Positions 18,159-28,498 are shown, counted from the first letter of the stretch. The stretch is 64,000 bases of DNA from Candidatus Marinacidobacterium sp. (GCA_965220965.1 OZ244852.1:2016001-2080000); one strand, 5' to 3'. Notes: generated by a model not told the origin, from the letters alone. Numbers and translations: made by a program.

Positions 18159-19046
18159 TCAGTAGTAGGTCCGGAGGACGAGGCGGAGGGCGATCCGGCG
18201 GAGGTCGCGGATCACCTCGTTGCCGCCGGCCACCGCCGGGTGCATCTGGTAGGCGATCGCGCCGCCGGCCTCCGCGACCCGGGTGGTGACCAGCTCGAGT
18301 CCGACGCCGAAGCGGTCCGAGAGCCGGCGCTGGGCGCCGAGGATCACCCGGGTGGCGAGCGAGCCGCCGGCGAGGCTGGAGTCGCCCGCGGTCTCGTACT
18401 GGGGGTAGCCGGGATAGGACGCGGTGAAGACCGAGCGCACAGTGACCAGGCTGTACCCCACCCCGAACCCGAACGTGGGAGTCAGACCCCGGACCGGAGG
18501 CAGGTCGTAGAGGAAGTTCAGCGCGGCGGTGGTGAGCGCGAGTTGCGAGAACCCGGTGGTGAAGCTCGCCCCGGAGTAGTTCGCCGAGGGCGTCACCGCG
18601 ACGAGTTCCCCCACCAGCTCGCTCTCCGGGGTGGATCCCAGCAGACCGAGCGCCGACGCCCCCGGAAACGGCCGCCCCGCCGAGCTCAGGTAGAACACGC
18701 CGGCGAGCGCGTCGCCGAGCGCCCCGGTCGTGCTCGTGCGGTCCACCGAGACCTCGATCCGGGGCCCGCTCCCCAGGCTGCTGCCCCACGCCAGCCCGAA
18801 GCCGGGATGGCTCCCCCCCGCGGCGCGCGCGAGCCACGCGGCGCCCTGCCGCGACGAGGGGCAGTTCCCCATGTCCGGGTAGCAGGTCGCGTCGGCGTTC
18901 CAGCCCATGCGCCACGCCGGACGGCGGGACGCGCCCTCCCCGAACACGGCGATGTAGGAGTGCGCCTGGGCGGCCGCCGGCGGGGCGGCGAAGACCGTGG
19001 CGAGCATCGCCGCGGCGAAGATGGCGGCGGCCCGCCTCCCGCTCAC
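18159..19046 (-). CDS. Putative outer-membrane beta-barrel protein
   Basis: Signal peptide ending AAA-Q. Amphipathic strands (NFLYDL, PTFGFGVGY, RFGVGLEL) and aromatic C-terminus LRLVLRTYY. GTG 19046 overlaps the tenA stop. Confidence 0.6.
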   Translation of the reverse strand: MSGRRAAAIFAAAMLATVFAAPPAAAQAHSYIAVFGEGASRRPAWRMGWNADATCYPDMGNCPSSRQGAAWLARAAGGSHPGFGLAWGSSLGSGPRIEVSVDRTSTTGALGDALAGVFYLSSAGRPFPGASALGLLGSTPESELVGELVAVTPSANYSGASFTTGFSQLALTTAALNFLYDLPPVRGLTPTFGFGVGYSLVTVRSVFTASYPGYPQYETAGDSSLAGGSLATRVILGAQRRLSDRFGVGLELVTTRVAEAGGAIAYQMHPAVAGGNEVIRDLRRIALRLVLRTYY

Positions 19047-19720
19047 AGCGGCCAGGCTTCCTGCCGCCAGGCCATGTCCCAGAACATCCACTCGTAGCGC
19101 GAGCTCATCGCGAAGTGGCGCGCCATGTTGCGGCGCGCCTCCTCCCCGAGCGACGCCGCGGTCTCGTCGGTCAGGTCCACGACCCGCCGCACGACCGCGT
19201 CGTACTCCTCGCTGCCGTAGCTCTCGATCCAGCGCCGGTAGGGCGGGTCGGGAGACGGCGGACGTTTCAGCAGTTCCTTGCCCACCTCGGCGTAGATCCA
19301 GTAGCAGGGCAGGACCGCCGCCAGCCCCTCGTGGAACGGCCGGGCGTACGTCTGCGCGAGGAAGTAGCTGGTGTAGGCGACGTTCGTGGGCGCGGGCCGG
19401 CGCTGGAAGAGCTCGTCGCGCGAGCCGCCCAGCTCCTCGAGGAAGCGGCCGAGCTGTTCCCGCTCGGCGCGGATCGTCTCCACCGCGTCGCCGCAGAGCG
19501 CCTCGGTGATGTCCGGGTGGGGCGCCCGCGCCCCGAGGAGCGCCACCGCGCGGGCGAACTCGTGGAGGTAGAGCGCGTCCTCGATGACGTAGAACCGGAA
19601 CGCCTGCCGATCGAGGCTTCCGTCGGCGAGCCCGTCGAGGAAGGGGTGGCGGAGGATCTCGCGCCAGGTCGGTTCGATCCCGGCCCACAGCCGGGAGGTG
19701 AAGCGTTCAGCCTGGGCCAT
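19043..19720 (-). CDS. tenA: Thiaminase II / aminopyrimidine aminohydrolase
   Basis: HPFL..LADGSL...FRFYVIEDALYL, AYTSY, VLPCYWIY catalytic Cys, WIESY and EWMFWDMA. Confidence 0.93.
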   Translation of the reverse strand: MAQAERFTSRLWAGIEPTWREILRHPFLDGLADGSLDRQAFRFYVIEDALYLHEFARAVALLGARAPHPDITEALCGDAVETIRAEREQLGRFLEELGGSRDELFQRRPAPTNVAYTSYFLAQTYARPFHEGLAAVLPCYWIYAEVGKELLKRPPSPDPPYRRWIESYGSEEYDAVVRRVVDLTDETAASLGEEARRNMARHFAMSSRYEWMFWDMAWRQEAWPL

Positions 19721-19765
19721 CGGAGCCGATTCTAGGGCAGCGATCGCCCGTCCCGGGGGGCGTCC

Positions 19766-21211
19766 TCAGCCGAAGACCACCGGCACCCAGAACACGGCGA
19801 AGAGGCTGGCCAGCACCGCCCCGATCAGGTTCGCGCCGATCCCGGCGCGCACCATCTGCGGGATGGTGAACAGCCCGGTTCCGAACACGATGGCGTTCGG
19901 CGGGGTCGCGGCGGGGAGCATGAAGGCGCACGACGCCGCGACCGTCGCCGGCACGAGCAGGACGAGCGGCGGGATCCCGGCCCCCGCCGCGACCGTCGCG
20001 AGGATCGGCACGATCATCGCCGTGGACGCCAGGTTCGAGGCGAACTCGGTCAGCAGGATGACCATGAGCGTGACGAGCACCACGAAGACCGGGGTGGGGA
20101 GCGCCGACGCGGCGCCCACCTGATCGCCGACGACCTGCGCGAGCCCGCTGACCTCGAGCCCGTTCGCCAGCGAAAACCCGCCGCCGAAGAGGATGAGCAC
20201 GTCCCAGGGGATCTTCGAGCCGGACGCCCAGTCGAGGATCCGCTCGCCGTCCTTCCCGGCGGGGATCAGGAAGCAGGCGACGGTGGACGCCATCGCGATC
20301 GTGGAATCGCTGATCAGCGACCCGGTCGGCAGGAACGCGGTCCACACCGGCCGGAGCATCCAGGCGAGCGCGGTGAGGCCGAACAGCGCCGCGAGACGCT
20401 TCTCGGGCCGCGTGATCGGCCCGAGCGCCTCGTAGGCCGCCCGGATGGGAGCGTCCCCGCCGGGGATCGCGCGGATCCGCACCGGGAAGGCGACCCGGGT
20501 CAGCCAGAGCCAGACCGCCGGCACGAAAACCAGAGCGAGCGGAAGCGCGAAGAGCAGCCAGCGGAGGAAGGAGATCCGGATGTCGAGCGAGCTCTCGAGG
20601 AAGCCGGCGAGGAAGACGTTCGGGGGCGTTCCGATCAGCGTCGCGAACCCGCCGATCGAGGCGGCGTAGGCGCAGCCGATCATCAGGCAGACCGCGAACG
20701 GGAACTCCCCGGCCCGCGGCTCATGCCGGGGCCCGAAGACCGCCTCGGCGATGGTGGCGGCGACCGCGACCCCGATCGGCATCATCATCGCGGTAGTCGC
20801 GGTGTTCGAGACCCACATCGACAGGAACGCCGACGCCGCCATGAACCCGAGCACGATGCGGCGCGGGGACCCGCCGATCGCGAGCACGATCCGCAGCGCG
20901 ATCCGGCGGTGGAGACCCCACCGCTGCATCGCCGCAGCGAGCATGAACCCGCCGAGGAACAGGTAGACGAGGTGGTTCGCGTAGGGGGCGGCGGCTCCCG
21001 CCGCGTTCGTGATCCCGAGCACCGGGAGCAGGACGAGCGGCAGCAGCGAGGTCACCGCCAGCGGCGCCGCCTCGGTGACCCACCAGGTCGCCATGATCGC
21101 GGCGACCGCCAGCATGCGGCGCGCCTCGCCCGGCATCCCCGGGATCTCGATGAGCGAGATCCCGAAGAGCAGCGCGAGCCCGAGAACGAGCCCGATCTTC
21201 TGGCGGGTCAC
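19766..21211 (-). CDS. DASS/SLC13 sodium-coupled anion (di/tricarboxylate or sulfate) symporter
   Basis: WWVTEAAP, SMWVSNTAT, IGTPPN, TEFASN and FMLPAATPPNAI. Confidence 0.93.
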   Translation of the reverse strand: MTRQKIGLVLGLALLFGISLIEIPGMPGEARRMLAVAAIMATWWVTEAAPLAVTSLLPLVLLPVLGITNAAGAAAPYANHLVYLFLGGFMLAAAMQRWGLHRRIALRIVLAIGGSPRRIVLGFMAASAFLSMWVSNTATTAMMMPIGVAVAATIAEAVFGPRHEPRAGEFPFAVCLMIGCAYAASIGGFATLIGTPPNVFLAGFLESSLDIRISFLRWLLFALPLALVFVPAVWLWLTRVAFPVRIRAIPGGDAPIRAAYEALGPITRPEKRLAALFGLTALAWMLRPVWTAFLPTGSLISDSTIAMASTVACFLIPAGKDGERILDWASGSKIPWDVLILFGGGFSLANGLEVSGLAQVVGDQVGAASALPTPVFVVLVTLMVILLTEFASNLASTAMIVPILATVAAGAGIPPLVLLVPATVAASCAFMLPAATPPNAIVFGTGLFTIPQMVRAGIGANLIGAVLASLFAVFWVPVVFG

Positions 21212-21238
21212 GCGCGGGGCGTCCGGCGCCTCACGCTC

Positions 21239-24025
21239 CTACTCAGGAGCGGTCGTCGGTTCGGGCTCGTAGCCGAGGCTCAGCAGGTTCGCCAGCATCC
21301 GGTAGGCCCCCGGCGTCCCCGCCGGAAGCTGCCGCCACAGGCCCAGGCCCAGATAGAGCCAGCGACCTTCGCCGTGGCGCGCCTCCACCAGGATGCCGCG
21401 CTTTTCGCCGGCGTTGTATTCGACGGGGTCTTCCGAGGCCAGCAGGTCCCGGTAGCGGGGATCGCCGCCGGGCGCGAGGAAGTAGAGCCCCCGCTCCTGG
21501 ACCCATCCGTCCCAGTCGGCATCGCCGATCCGGTTCGGTCCCAGGAAGACCGGGTGATCGGGCTCCAGCACGGTGATCGGGGCGTCTTCGACGGTGACCC
21601 GCCCCCGGCCCACTGCGACCGGCCACGGCCCCCACGAACCGGCGTTGAACTCGAATTTGTTGTACTGGACGAGGAGGGTTCCGCCGGCCTCGACGAAGTC
21701 GAGGAGGCGCTGGTTGTGGGTCCTCACATCGGGTCGCGCCAGGTAGGCGCGGACGCCGAGCACGATCGTGTCGAACCGCGACAGGTCGCCCTCGGCGAGG
21801 TCCGACTCGTCGAGGAAGGTCAGCGGCAGGCCGAGCTGCTCGATGGCCTCGGCGACCTCGTCCCCGACGCCCTCGACGTAGCCGACGCGCACCGGCGCCA
21901 CGACCGCGTCGAGCACCCGCGCCTGGGCGGCGGCGTCCCGGAACAGGTAGCGGGTCTCGATGTGGTGGTAGGCGATCTCCTGGACGGTCTCGGCGTACGC
22001 GGCGCCCCCGTCATCGGGACGGGCCTCCGCCTCGAGGCTGAAACGCCCTTCGGCGCCGCCTGCCGGAGCGCTGACCTCGAACTCGACCCGGAGCTCACCC
22101 GGCCCCTCGAACGCGACCGGGATGCTCTCCGGCGCCACCGTCCAGCCCTCGGGGGCCCGGAGCGTAGTTTCGTAGGTTCGCGGCCCGGCCCCCCGGTGGA
22201 CCACCGAGACGGTGAGCTCGCGGGTCTCGCGCCCCCGGGGGAACACGACGATCTCCGGGTAGACGGCCACCGAGGCGGTGGGCAGCACCGAGACGGTCTT
22301 CTGCTTCTCGGATCCCACCCAGGGCCCCTCGTAGCGGTACTCCACCGGTCGCCGGACCGACGCCTCCACCGCCTCGGCGCCCTCCCCCGACCGGAACCCG
22401 ACCCGCGCGTGGAGCGGGGCGGGCCGCGCCGGCAGGCCGAAGAGCTCCGGCGCGTCCGGAACGAACCGGTCCGCCCCGGGGATGGCGCGCCACGGCTGCC
22501 GCGATAGCTCCGCGTCCTCCGAGGCGCGCACGCCGAAGACCGCGCGGAGCGCCGTCCCCGGCCCGGCCTCGAGCGGCAGGTCGCCGAGGTCGAGCGGGGG
22601 CGCCATCGCCCGCCGCCGCGGCCCCGGGGGCCCCGAAGCCGGCGCGGCCGTCTCGCCGGAAGCGACGGCCCAGCGCTCGGGAGCTTCCACCTCGATACCG
22701 GTCACGACGACCGGGACTTCCGGGCCGCCCAGAACCGACACCGTCGTGGAGAGCTCCCCGCCGGGGGTGACGAACCCGGCGTCGGACACCGCCTCCACGA
22801 CCAGGCCGTGGGCGAGCGCGAGCGCCTCCTCGATGTCCGCCTCCCGGCCCGCCATCCGGTGCTCGACCTCGTAGCGGCTCCGATCGGTCAGCCCTTCGGG
22901 GAGGGTCTCCTCGCGCAGCGAACGCACCGCGGTGAGCGCCCGGCGCAGGCCGGGCAGCGCCCGCCACGGCGCCAGCGCGGCGAACCCGTCCTGGGCGTCC
23001 GCAAGCGCCGCCTCCAGCGCCTCGAGCCGGGAGGTCGCCTCCGCGACCGCCGCCTCGCTCCCGTCGAGGAACGCGGCGATCCGCGAGAGGCCGGTCGGCA
23101 ACGCGCCGAACATGCCGCCGGCGGCGGCGGAAGCCGCCTCACTGATGGGCGCCCCCCGGGTCTGGATCAGCGTGGTCGACCCGGCGAGCGCGCCGGGCGC
23201 GCGCACCTGCCCCATCCCCTGGCAGCGGTGCGCCGAACGCGCCTCCTGCCCCAGGTCGGCGTAGGTCCTCCCGAGAAGGGGATCCCAGACCGCGGTGGGG
23301 ATCTGGACGACATCCGCCCCGCCCCGCGCCGCGCCCCCGCCGACCCCGCCGACGAAGAGGCGCTCCGGGCGCCACGGATGGAGCCCGAGAGCTTCGTGCT
23401 GGGGGAACCTCGCCGGGTCCCCGGCCGCATCGAAGGCCAGGTGGGCGATCCGCCCGGTGGCCTGGTGGTGCTGGCCGCCGCCGGTTCCCTCGGGCGGCAG
23501 CGTCAGGATGACATCGGGGCGGAGGGTCCGGATCATCCGGACGAGCTCTTCGAGCGTCTGCTCCTCGCCCCACTTCTCGAGCGTCTCCTCGACGCTGAAC
23601 GAGTAGCCGAAGTCGGAGACCATCCCGAAGTACTGCTCCACCGCATCGAGTCGATGCGACGCGGCCAGTTCCTCGGTCCGGAGGATGCGCAGCCCGTCGA
23701 ACAGCTCCGGGCCGATCTCGTTCTGGCCCCCGCCGCCGCGGGTGAGCGACAGAAGCGAGACCCGCGCCCCGAGGCCCCGGCTGAGGAGCGCGTGGAGAGC
23801 GTTGTTCTCGTCGTCGGGGTGCGCGACGATCGTCAGCACCGACACTCCGGAAGCCGCCTTGCGGAGCTTCAGCCCCAGTCCCGACGCGCCCCGGTCCTCG
23901 GCGGCGGGACGCAACTGGGCGATCGCCGGCGCCGCGAGCGAAAGCGCAACGACGGCGGCCGTCATAAGGCGCGCCAGGGCGACGCCCGGAGCGCGACGGC
24001 TCGCTCGTGTGGCTGGTCTCGTCAT
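21239..24025 (-). CDS. Exported PIG-L/LmbE-family deacetylase with NEW3-like and glutamine-amidotransferase-like C-terminal domains
   Basis: Signal peptide; AHPDDE, LTRG.GGQNEIG, RTEEL, DFGYS, GQHHQ and SAHRCQGMG. C-terminal VGYVEGVGD...LLVQYN...WVQERGLYF. Confidence 0.9.
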   Translation of the reverse strand: MTRPATRASRRAPGVALARLMTAAVVALSLAAPAIAQLRPAAEDRGASGLGLKLRKAASGVSVLTIVAHPDDENNALHALLSRGLGARVSLLSLTRGGGGQNEIGPELFDGLRILRTEELAASHRLDAVEQYFGMVSDFGYSFSVEETLEKWGEEQTLEELVRMIRTLRPDVILTLPPEGTGGGQHHQATGRIAHLAFDAAGDPARFPQHEALGLHPWRPERLFVGGVGGGAARGGADVVQIPTAVWDPLLGRTYADLGQEARSAHRCQGMGQVRAPGALAGSTTLIQTRGAPISEAASAAAGGMFGALPTGLSRIAAFLDGSEAAVAEATSRLEALEAALADAQDGFAALAPWRALPGLRRALTAVRSLREETLPEGLTDRSRYEVEHRMAGREADIEEALALAHGLVVEAVSDAGFVTPGGELSTTVSVLGGPEVPVVVTGIEVEAPERWAVASGETAAPASGPPGPRRRAMAPPLDLGDLPLEAGPGTALRAVFGVRASEDAELSRQPWRAIPGADRFVPDAPELFGLPARPAPLHARVGFRSGEGAEAVEASVRRPVEYRYEGPWVGSEKQKTVSVLPTASVAVYPEIVVFPRGRETRELTVSVVHRGAGPRTYETTLRAPEGWTVAPESIPVAFEGPGELRVEFEVSAPAGGAEGRFSLEAEARPDDGGAAYAETVQEIAYHHIETRYLFRDAAAQARVLDAVVAPVRVGYVEGVGDEVAEAIEQLGLPLTFLDESDLAEGDLSRFDTIVLGVRAYLARPDVRTHNQRLLDFVEAGGTLLVQYNKFEFNAGSWGPWPVAVGRGRVTVEDAPITVLEPDHPVFLGPNRIGDADWDGWVQERGLYFLAPGGDPRYRDLLASEDPVEYNAGEKRGILVEARHGEGRWLYLGLGLWRQLPAGTPGAYRMLANLLSLGYEPEPTTAPE

Positions 24026-24216
24026 TGGAGGCTCCTTCCCGCATCCGCGGGCGCCCGCCTCGGCGATACTTCCCGCGCTGACCGGCGTCCCGGGCCCCGC
24101 TGCGCTTCACTCCACTCCGCGGAGGGCTGCGCCGCGGGGTCTCTGCGGCCTTCCAGTCTAGCGAAGCGGCGGCGCGAACCGCCGGTGACGACGTGACCCG
24201 AACCGCCGCGTCCCCC

Positions 24217-24354
24217 ATGCCGATCCCCGACGACCAGCCCCCTTCCCCGACCGGCCTCTTCCGGACCTGGCCGCGCCTCTACGCGGCGGTGATCGCGGTG
24301 GCGGTCGTGGTCTACCTGTTCCTGTTCTTCTTCTCCCGGGCCTTCGCCCCCTGA
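24217..24354 (+). CDS. 45-aa single-TM membrane protein upstream of the SSS symporter (not in ORF track)
   Basis: ATG 24217 to TGA 24354 gives MPIPDDQPPSPTGLFRTWPRLYAAVIAVAVVVYLFLFFFSRAFAP. Third codon positions are mostly G/C; lies 34 nt before the symporter. Confidence 0.75.
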   Translation: MPIPDDQPPSPTGLFRTWPRLYAAVIAVAVVVYLFLFFFSRAFAP

Positions 24355-24388
24355 CGGAGACGGAACCCGCCAGCCGAGCCCGACCGCC

Positions 24389-26110
24389 TTGCAGCTCCTC
24401 GACTGGATCGTCGTCGCCGCCTACTTCGGGCTGATCGCCGCGGTCGGCTACTTCACCGGCCGGGGCAACCGGGGGATCGAGGACTACTTCCTCGCCCGCC
24501 GGTCGATGCCCTGGTACGCGATGGGCCTCTCGGTCATGGCGACCCAGGCGAGCGCGATCACCCTCGTCGGCACGACCGGGCAGGGCTACGTCGACGGGAT
24601 GCGGTTCATCCAGATCTACTTCGGTCTGCCGCTCGCCATGGTGATCCTCTGCTTCACCCTGGTGCCGCTGTTCTACCGGGCGCGGGTGTTCACCGCCTAC
24701 GAGTACCTCGAGCAGAAGTGCGGCCCCCGGACCCGCTCGCTGACCGCGCTGCTCTTCCTGTTCGGGAGGGCGCTCTCGGGCGCGGTGGTGATCTACGCGC
24801 CGTCGGTCGTGGTCTCGGTGGTGTTCTCGCTGGACGCCACGCTGACGATCCTGCTGATCGGCGGGTTCGCCACCGTCTACACCGCGCTCGGGGGCATGCG
24901 CGCGGTCATGTGGGTGGAGACCTGGCAGATGCTCATCATCCTGCTGGGCATCCTGTTCTGCCTCGGGTCGGTGATCTGGGGGCTGCCGGACCAGGTGAGC
25001 CTCGGCGAGGCGCTCCAGCTCGCGGGGAGCACCGGACGGCTGGAGACGCTCTCGTTCGACGCCGATCCGCGGCTGACCTACACCGTCTGGACCGGCGTGC
25101 TGGGCGGGCTGTTCCTGATGCTGTCGTATTTCGGGTGCGACCAGAGCCAGGTCCAGCGCTACCTGACCGGACGCTCGCTGCGGGAGAGCCGGCTGTCGCT
25201 GATCTTCAACGCCTTCGCCAAGATCCCGATCCAGTTCGTGATCCTCCTCACCGGGGCGCTGCTGTTCGTCTTCTACCAGTTCGAGAAGCCGCCGGTCCTG
25301 TTCGACCCGGTGACGCTCGAGGAGACCCGGAGCGCGCGCCCGGAGGCGTTCGGGGACGCCGAGGCGCGGCACGACCTCGCCTTCGCCGAACGGCGGGCGG
25401 CGGCGCTCGGCTTCGCCGAAGCGGGGAGCGAGGCCGAGGCGGAAGCGGCCCGCGAGCGCTTCCTCGCCGCCGAAACCGCCTTCCAGGCGGCGCGTGACGA
25501 CGCGATCCGGACGGCGTCCGAGGCGAAGGGAGAACCGTGGACGGACACGAACCACGTGTTCCCGACCTTCGTCTTCACCCAGCTTCCGGCCGGGATCGTG
25601 GGGCTCATCCTGGTCGCGGTGCTCGCCGCCGCGATGTCCACGGTGGAGTCCGAGCTCTCGGCGCTCTCGACCGCCAGCATCGTGGACTTCTACCGGCGGT
25701 TCCGCGAGAAAGCCGGGCGCTCCGCGAGCGAGCGCCACTACCTGCGCGCCGGAAGGGTCGGCATCCTGTTCTGGGGGACGGTGGCGACCGGGGCCGCGCT
25801 CTACATGGGCCGGCTGGGCTCGGCGGTGGAGGCGGTCAACCGGGTGGGCTCCTTCTTCTACGGCCCGATCCTCGGGGCCTTCGTCCTCGCGGCGGCGTTC
25901 CCCGGGCGCGGCGCGCGCCGGGCGTTCCCGGCGGTCGTGCTCGGGGTCGCCTCGGTGTGGGTCGCCGATCTGCTGCCCCGCGTCCTCGGGGTCGAGGGGA
26001 TCTCCTACCTCTACTACAACCTGATCGGAGCGGGAGTCACCGTCCTCACCGGGATCGCGCTGGCCTCGACGTCTTCCGGAACCGGCGCCCGGGTGGACAG
26101 CGCGTCGTGA
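24389..26110 (+). CDS. Sodium:solute symporter (SSS family)
   Basis: DYFLA.R.MPW, SVMATQASAIT, TAYEYLE, YT.LGGMRAVMW, DQSQVQRYL and AAAMST. TTG start. Confidence 0.92.
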   Translation: MQLLDWIVVAAYFGLIAAVGYFTGRGNRGIEDYFLARRSMPWYAMGLSVMATQASAITLVGTTGQGYVDGMRFIQIYFGLPLAMVILCFTLVPLFYRARVFTAYEYLEQKCGPRTRSLTALLFLFGRALSGAVVIYAPSVVVSVVFSLDATLTILLIGGFATVYTALGGMRAVMWVETWQMLIILLGILFCLGSVIWGLPDQVSLGEALQLAGSTGRLETLSFDADPRLTYTVWTGVLGGLFLMLSYFGCDQSQVQRYLTGRSLRESRLSLIFNAFAKIPIQFVILLTGALLFVFYQFEKPPVLFDPVTLEETRSARPEAFGDAEARHDLAFAERRAAALGFAEAGSEAEAEAARERFLAAETAFQAARDDAIRTASEAKGEPWTDTNHVFPTFVFTQLPAGIVGLILVAVLAAAMSTVESELSALSTASIVDFYRRFREKAGRSASERHYLRAGRVGILFWGTVATGAALYMGRLGSAVEAVNRVGSFFYGPILGAFVLAAAFPGRGARRAFPAVVLGVASVWVADLLPRVLGVEGISYLYYNLIGAGVTVLTGIALASTSSGTGARVDSAS

Positions 26111-27888
26111 CCGCGTTCTTCCGCAGGCCGCGGAGCGTGGCGCGCCGCCTCCGGGACCGGCTCGCCGGATGGGGGAACGCCTTCCTCCAGGCGCGCTGGA
26201 CCGAGACCCCCGGGTTCTTCACCGGGCTCACCATCGGCATCGGCGCGCTGGTGGGCGGCGCGATCGTCCTCTTCATCATCGTCACCGAGCGGCTCTCGGA
26301 GGCCGTCGTCCACGGCGACCTGCTGGGCAACGCGCGGTTCGCCGCCCCCATCGTGGGGACGCTGATCGCCGGGATCCTGCTCTACCGGTGGTTCGGCGAG
26401 GCCCGCGGCAGCGGCGTCCCCCAGACCCGGATGGCGCTCGTGGCGCGCGACGGGCGAATCCCCTTTTCGGTGGCGATCGGGAAGTTCCTGTGCGGGGCGC
26501 TGACGATCGGCAGTGGTGTCCCGCTGGGACGCGAGGGGCCCTCGGTGCAGATCGGCGCCGGGCTCGCCTCGTCGGTGGGAGAGCGTTTCCAGCTCGACTC
26601 GGCGCGGCGGCGCGAGCTGATCCCGGTGGGGACGGCGGCCGCGATCGCGGCGGCGTTCAACACCCCGATCGCCGCGATCCTCTTCTCGCTCGAGGAGATC
26701 GTGGGGAACCTGCATGCGCGGGTGCTGGGATCCGTCGTGCTGAGCGCGGTGGCGAGCTGGCTGGTGCTGCGGCTCTCGCTGGGCGACGAGCCGCTGTTCT
26801 CGGTGCCCGCCTACGAGCTGAACCACCCGGCGGAGCTGCTCATCTACGCGGTCCTCGGGGTGCTCGGGGGGCTGCTTTCGGTGGGGTTCGTCCAGCTCCT
26901 GCTCCGGCTGCGCGCCCGCTTCCGGTCGCTGCCGAAACGGGGCCGCTGGTGGTACCCGGTCTGCGGCGGTCTGGCGGTCACGACCGCGTGGCTCCTCCTC
27001 CCCGGGCTCTTCGAGGTGGGCTACGGCCCGGTGAACGACGCGCTCCACGGCGACATCCCGGCGGCGGCGATGGCGGGGATGCTGGCGATCCATCTGGTGC
27101 TCGCGGTGATCACCTACGCCTCGGGCAACGCCGGCGGCATCTTCGGGCCGAGCATCTTCATGGGCGCCATGTTCGGGGGCGTGGTGGGGAGCCTCGCGAA
27201 CCAGTGGTTCGACTTCGCCGCCGGCCCGGGGGCCTACTCGCTGGTGGGCATGGGGGCGGTCTTCGCCGGCGTGCTCAGGGTGCCAATGGCCTCGGTGTTC
27301 ATGGTCTTCGAGATCACCCAGAGCTACGCGGTCATCGTGCCGCTGATGATCGCGAACATGACCTCGTTCCTGATCTCGCGGCGCCTCCAGCCGGTCTCGG
27401 TCTACGAAGCGCTCGCGCTCCAGGACGGGATGCGGCTGCCGCACTCGGAGGGCGAGGTCCGGCACCCGGTGGTGCGCGAGGCGATGCGCCCGCCCCGCGA
27501 GCTGCTGTCGCCCGACCTCACGGTGGAGGACGCGCTCGAGCTCGTGGCGCTCAGCGGCAGGCGCTCCTGGCCGGTGGCGCGGGAGAACCGGATCTCCGGA
27601 GTGATCACGCTCGCCGAGCTGGAGCGCTGCCACGCGTTCCGCCAGGACCGGGCGCGGCTCGGGGACCTGGTGGAGGGACGCCCCTACCCGCACGCCTACG
27701 CCGACGAATCCATCGACCAGGTCCTCGCGCTCATGGGCCGGATCCGCCTCGACTCGCTGCCGGTCGTCAGCCGGGTGGACGTCCATCAACTGGAGGCGGT
27801 CATCACCGTCTCCGACCTGCTCGGCGCCTACGGCATCCCGCCCGCGGCCCGGGGCGCGCACGGTCCGCCCCGGGGCGTCCCCGGGTAG
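26107..27888 (+). CDS. CLC-family Cl-/H+ antiporter with CBS pair
   Basis: GSGVP, GREGP (gating Glu), AAFNTP, LEEI, GGIFGP, SVY and C-terminal CBS domains. GTG 26107 overlaps the SSS stop. Confidence 0.92.
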   Translation: MTAFFRRPRSVARRLRDRLAGWGNAFLQARWTETPGFFTGLTIGIGALVGGAIVLFIIVTERLSEAVVHGDLLGNARFAAPIVGTLIAGILLYRWFGEARGSGVPQTRMALVARDGRIPFSVAIGKFLCGALTIGSGVPLGREGPSVQIGAGLASSVGERFQLDSARRRELIPVGTAAAIAAAFNTPIAAILFSLEEIVGNLHARVLGSVVLSAVASWLVLRLSLGDEPLFSVPAYELNHPAELLIYAVLGVLGGLLSVGFVQLLLRLRARFRSLPKRGRWWYPVCGGLAVTTAWLLLPGLFEVGYGPVNDALHGDIPAAAMAGMLAIHLVLAVITYASGNAGGIFGPSIFMGAMFGGVVGSLANQWFDFAAGPGAYSLVGMGAVFAGVLRVPMASVFMVFEITQSYAVIVPLMIANMTSFLISRRLQPVSVYEALALQDGMRLPHSEGEVRHPVVREAMRPPRELLSPDLTVEDALELVALSGRRSWPVARENRISGVITLAELERCHAFRQDRARLGDLVEGRPYPHAYADESIDQVLALMGRIRLDSLPVVSRVDVHQLEAVITVSDLLGAYGIPPAARGAHGPPRGVPG

Positions 27889-27897
27889 GAGCCCGCG

Positions 27898-28368
27898 ATG
27901 GTCGCGGTCGTCCAGCGGGTGTCCTCGGCGTCGGTCTCGGTGGAGGGAGAGGTCGTCGGCCGGATCGGGCCCGGGCTCCTCGTCCTGCTCGGGGTGGCGA
28001 CCGGCGACGGGGAGGCCGACGCCGCCTGGCTGGCGCGCAAGATCGCCGGGCTCCGGGTGTTCCAGGACCCGTCGGGCGGGCCCGAGCGGAGCGTGCTCGA
28101 GACCCGCGGCGCGTGCCTCGCGGTCTCGCAGTTCACCCTGCTGGGGAACTGCCGCAAGGGCCGGAGGCCCTCCTTCACCCGCGCCGCGCGGGGAGCGGAG
28201 GCGGAAGCGCTCTACAACCGGTTCTGCGAGCGGCTTCGCGGGGAGGGGGTTCCGGTGGCGACCGGGCGGTTCGGGGCGATGATGGAGGTCTCGCTGGTGA
28301 ACGACGGGCCCTACACGCTCCTGCTCGAGAGCCCGGGAACGCCGTCGGGCGCCGCGGTTCCAGGGTGA
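27898..28368 (+). CDS. dtd: D-aminoacyl-tRNA deacylase
   Basis: VVQRV, SQFTL, GRRPSF, G.FGAMM and NDGP.T. Confidence 0.95.
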   Translation: MVAVVQRVSSASVSVEGEVVGRIGPGLLVLLGVATGDGEADAAWLARKIAGLRVFQDPSGGPERSVLETRGACLAVSQFTLLGNCRKGRRPSFTRAARGAEAEALYNRFCERLRGEGVPVATGRFGAMMEVSLVNDGPYTLLLESPGTPSGAAVPG

Positions 28369-28498
28369 GTTCGCTCCCCTCCGGGGGCGGACGCCAAAGT
28401 ATCCTTTCGGGTTCGAACGCGCCGCGGCGCGGCGGCCGGCCCAGTGGGCGGCTCCGACACGCGCCGGAGACCGGACAGGCGTTCCTGGAGGTTCCCCC

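Noticed and set aside
19721-19765. TPP riboswitch upstream of tenA
   Set aside because: Only 45 nt are available and there is no CTGAGA core.
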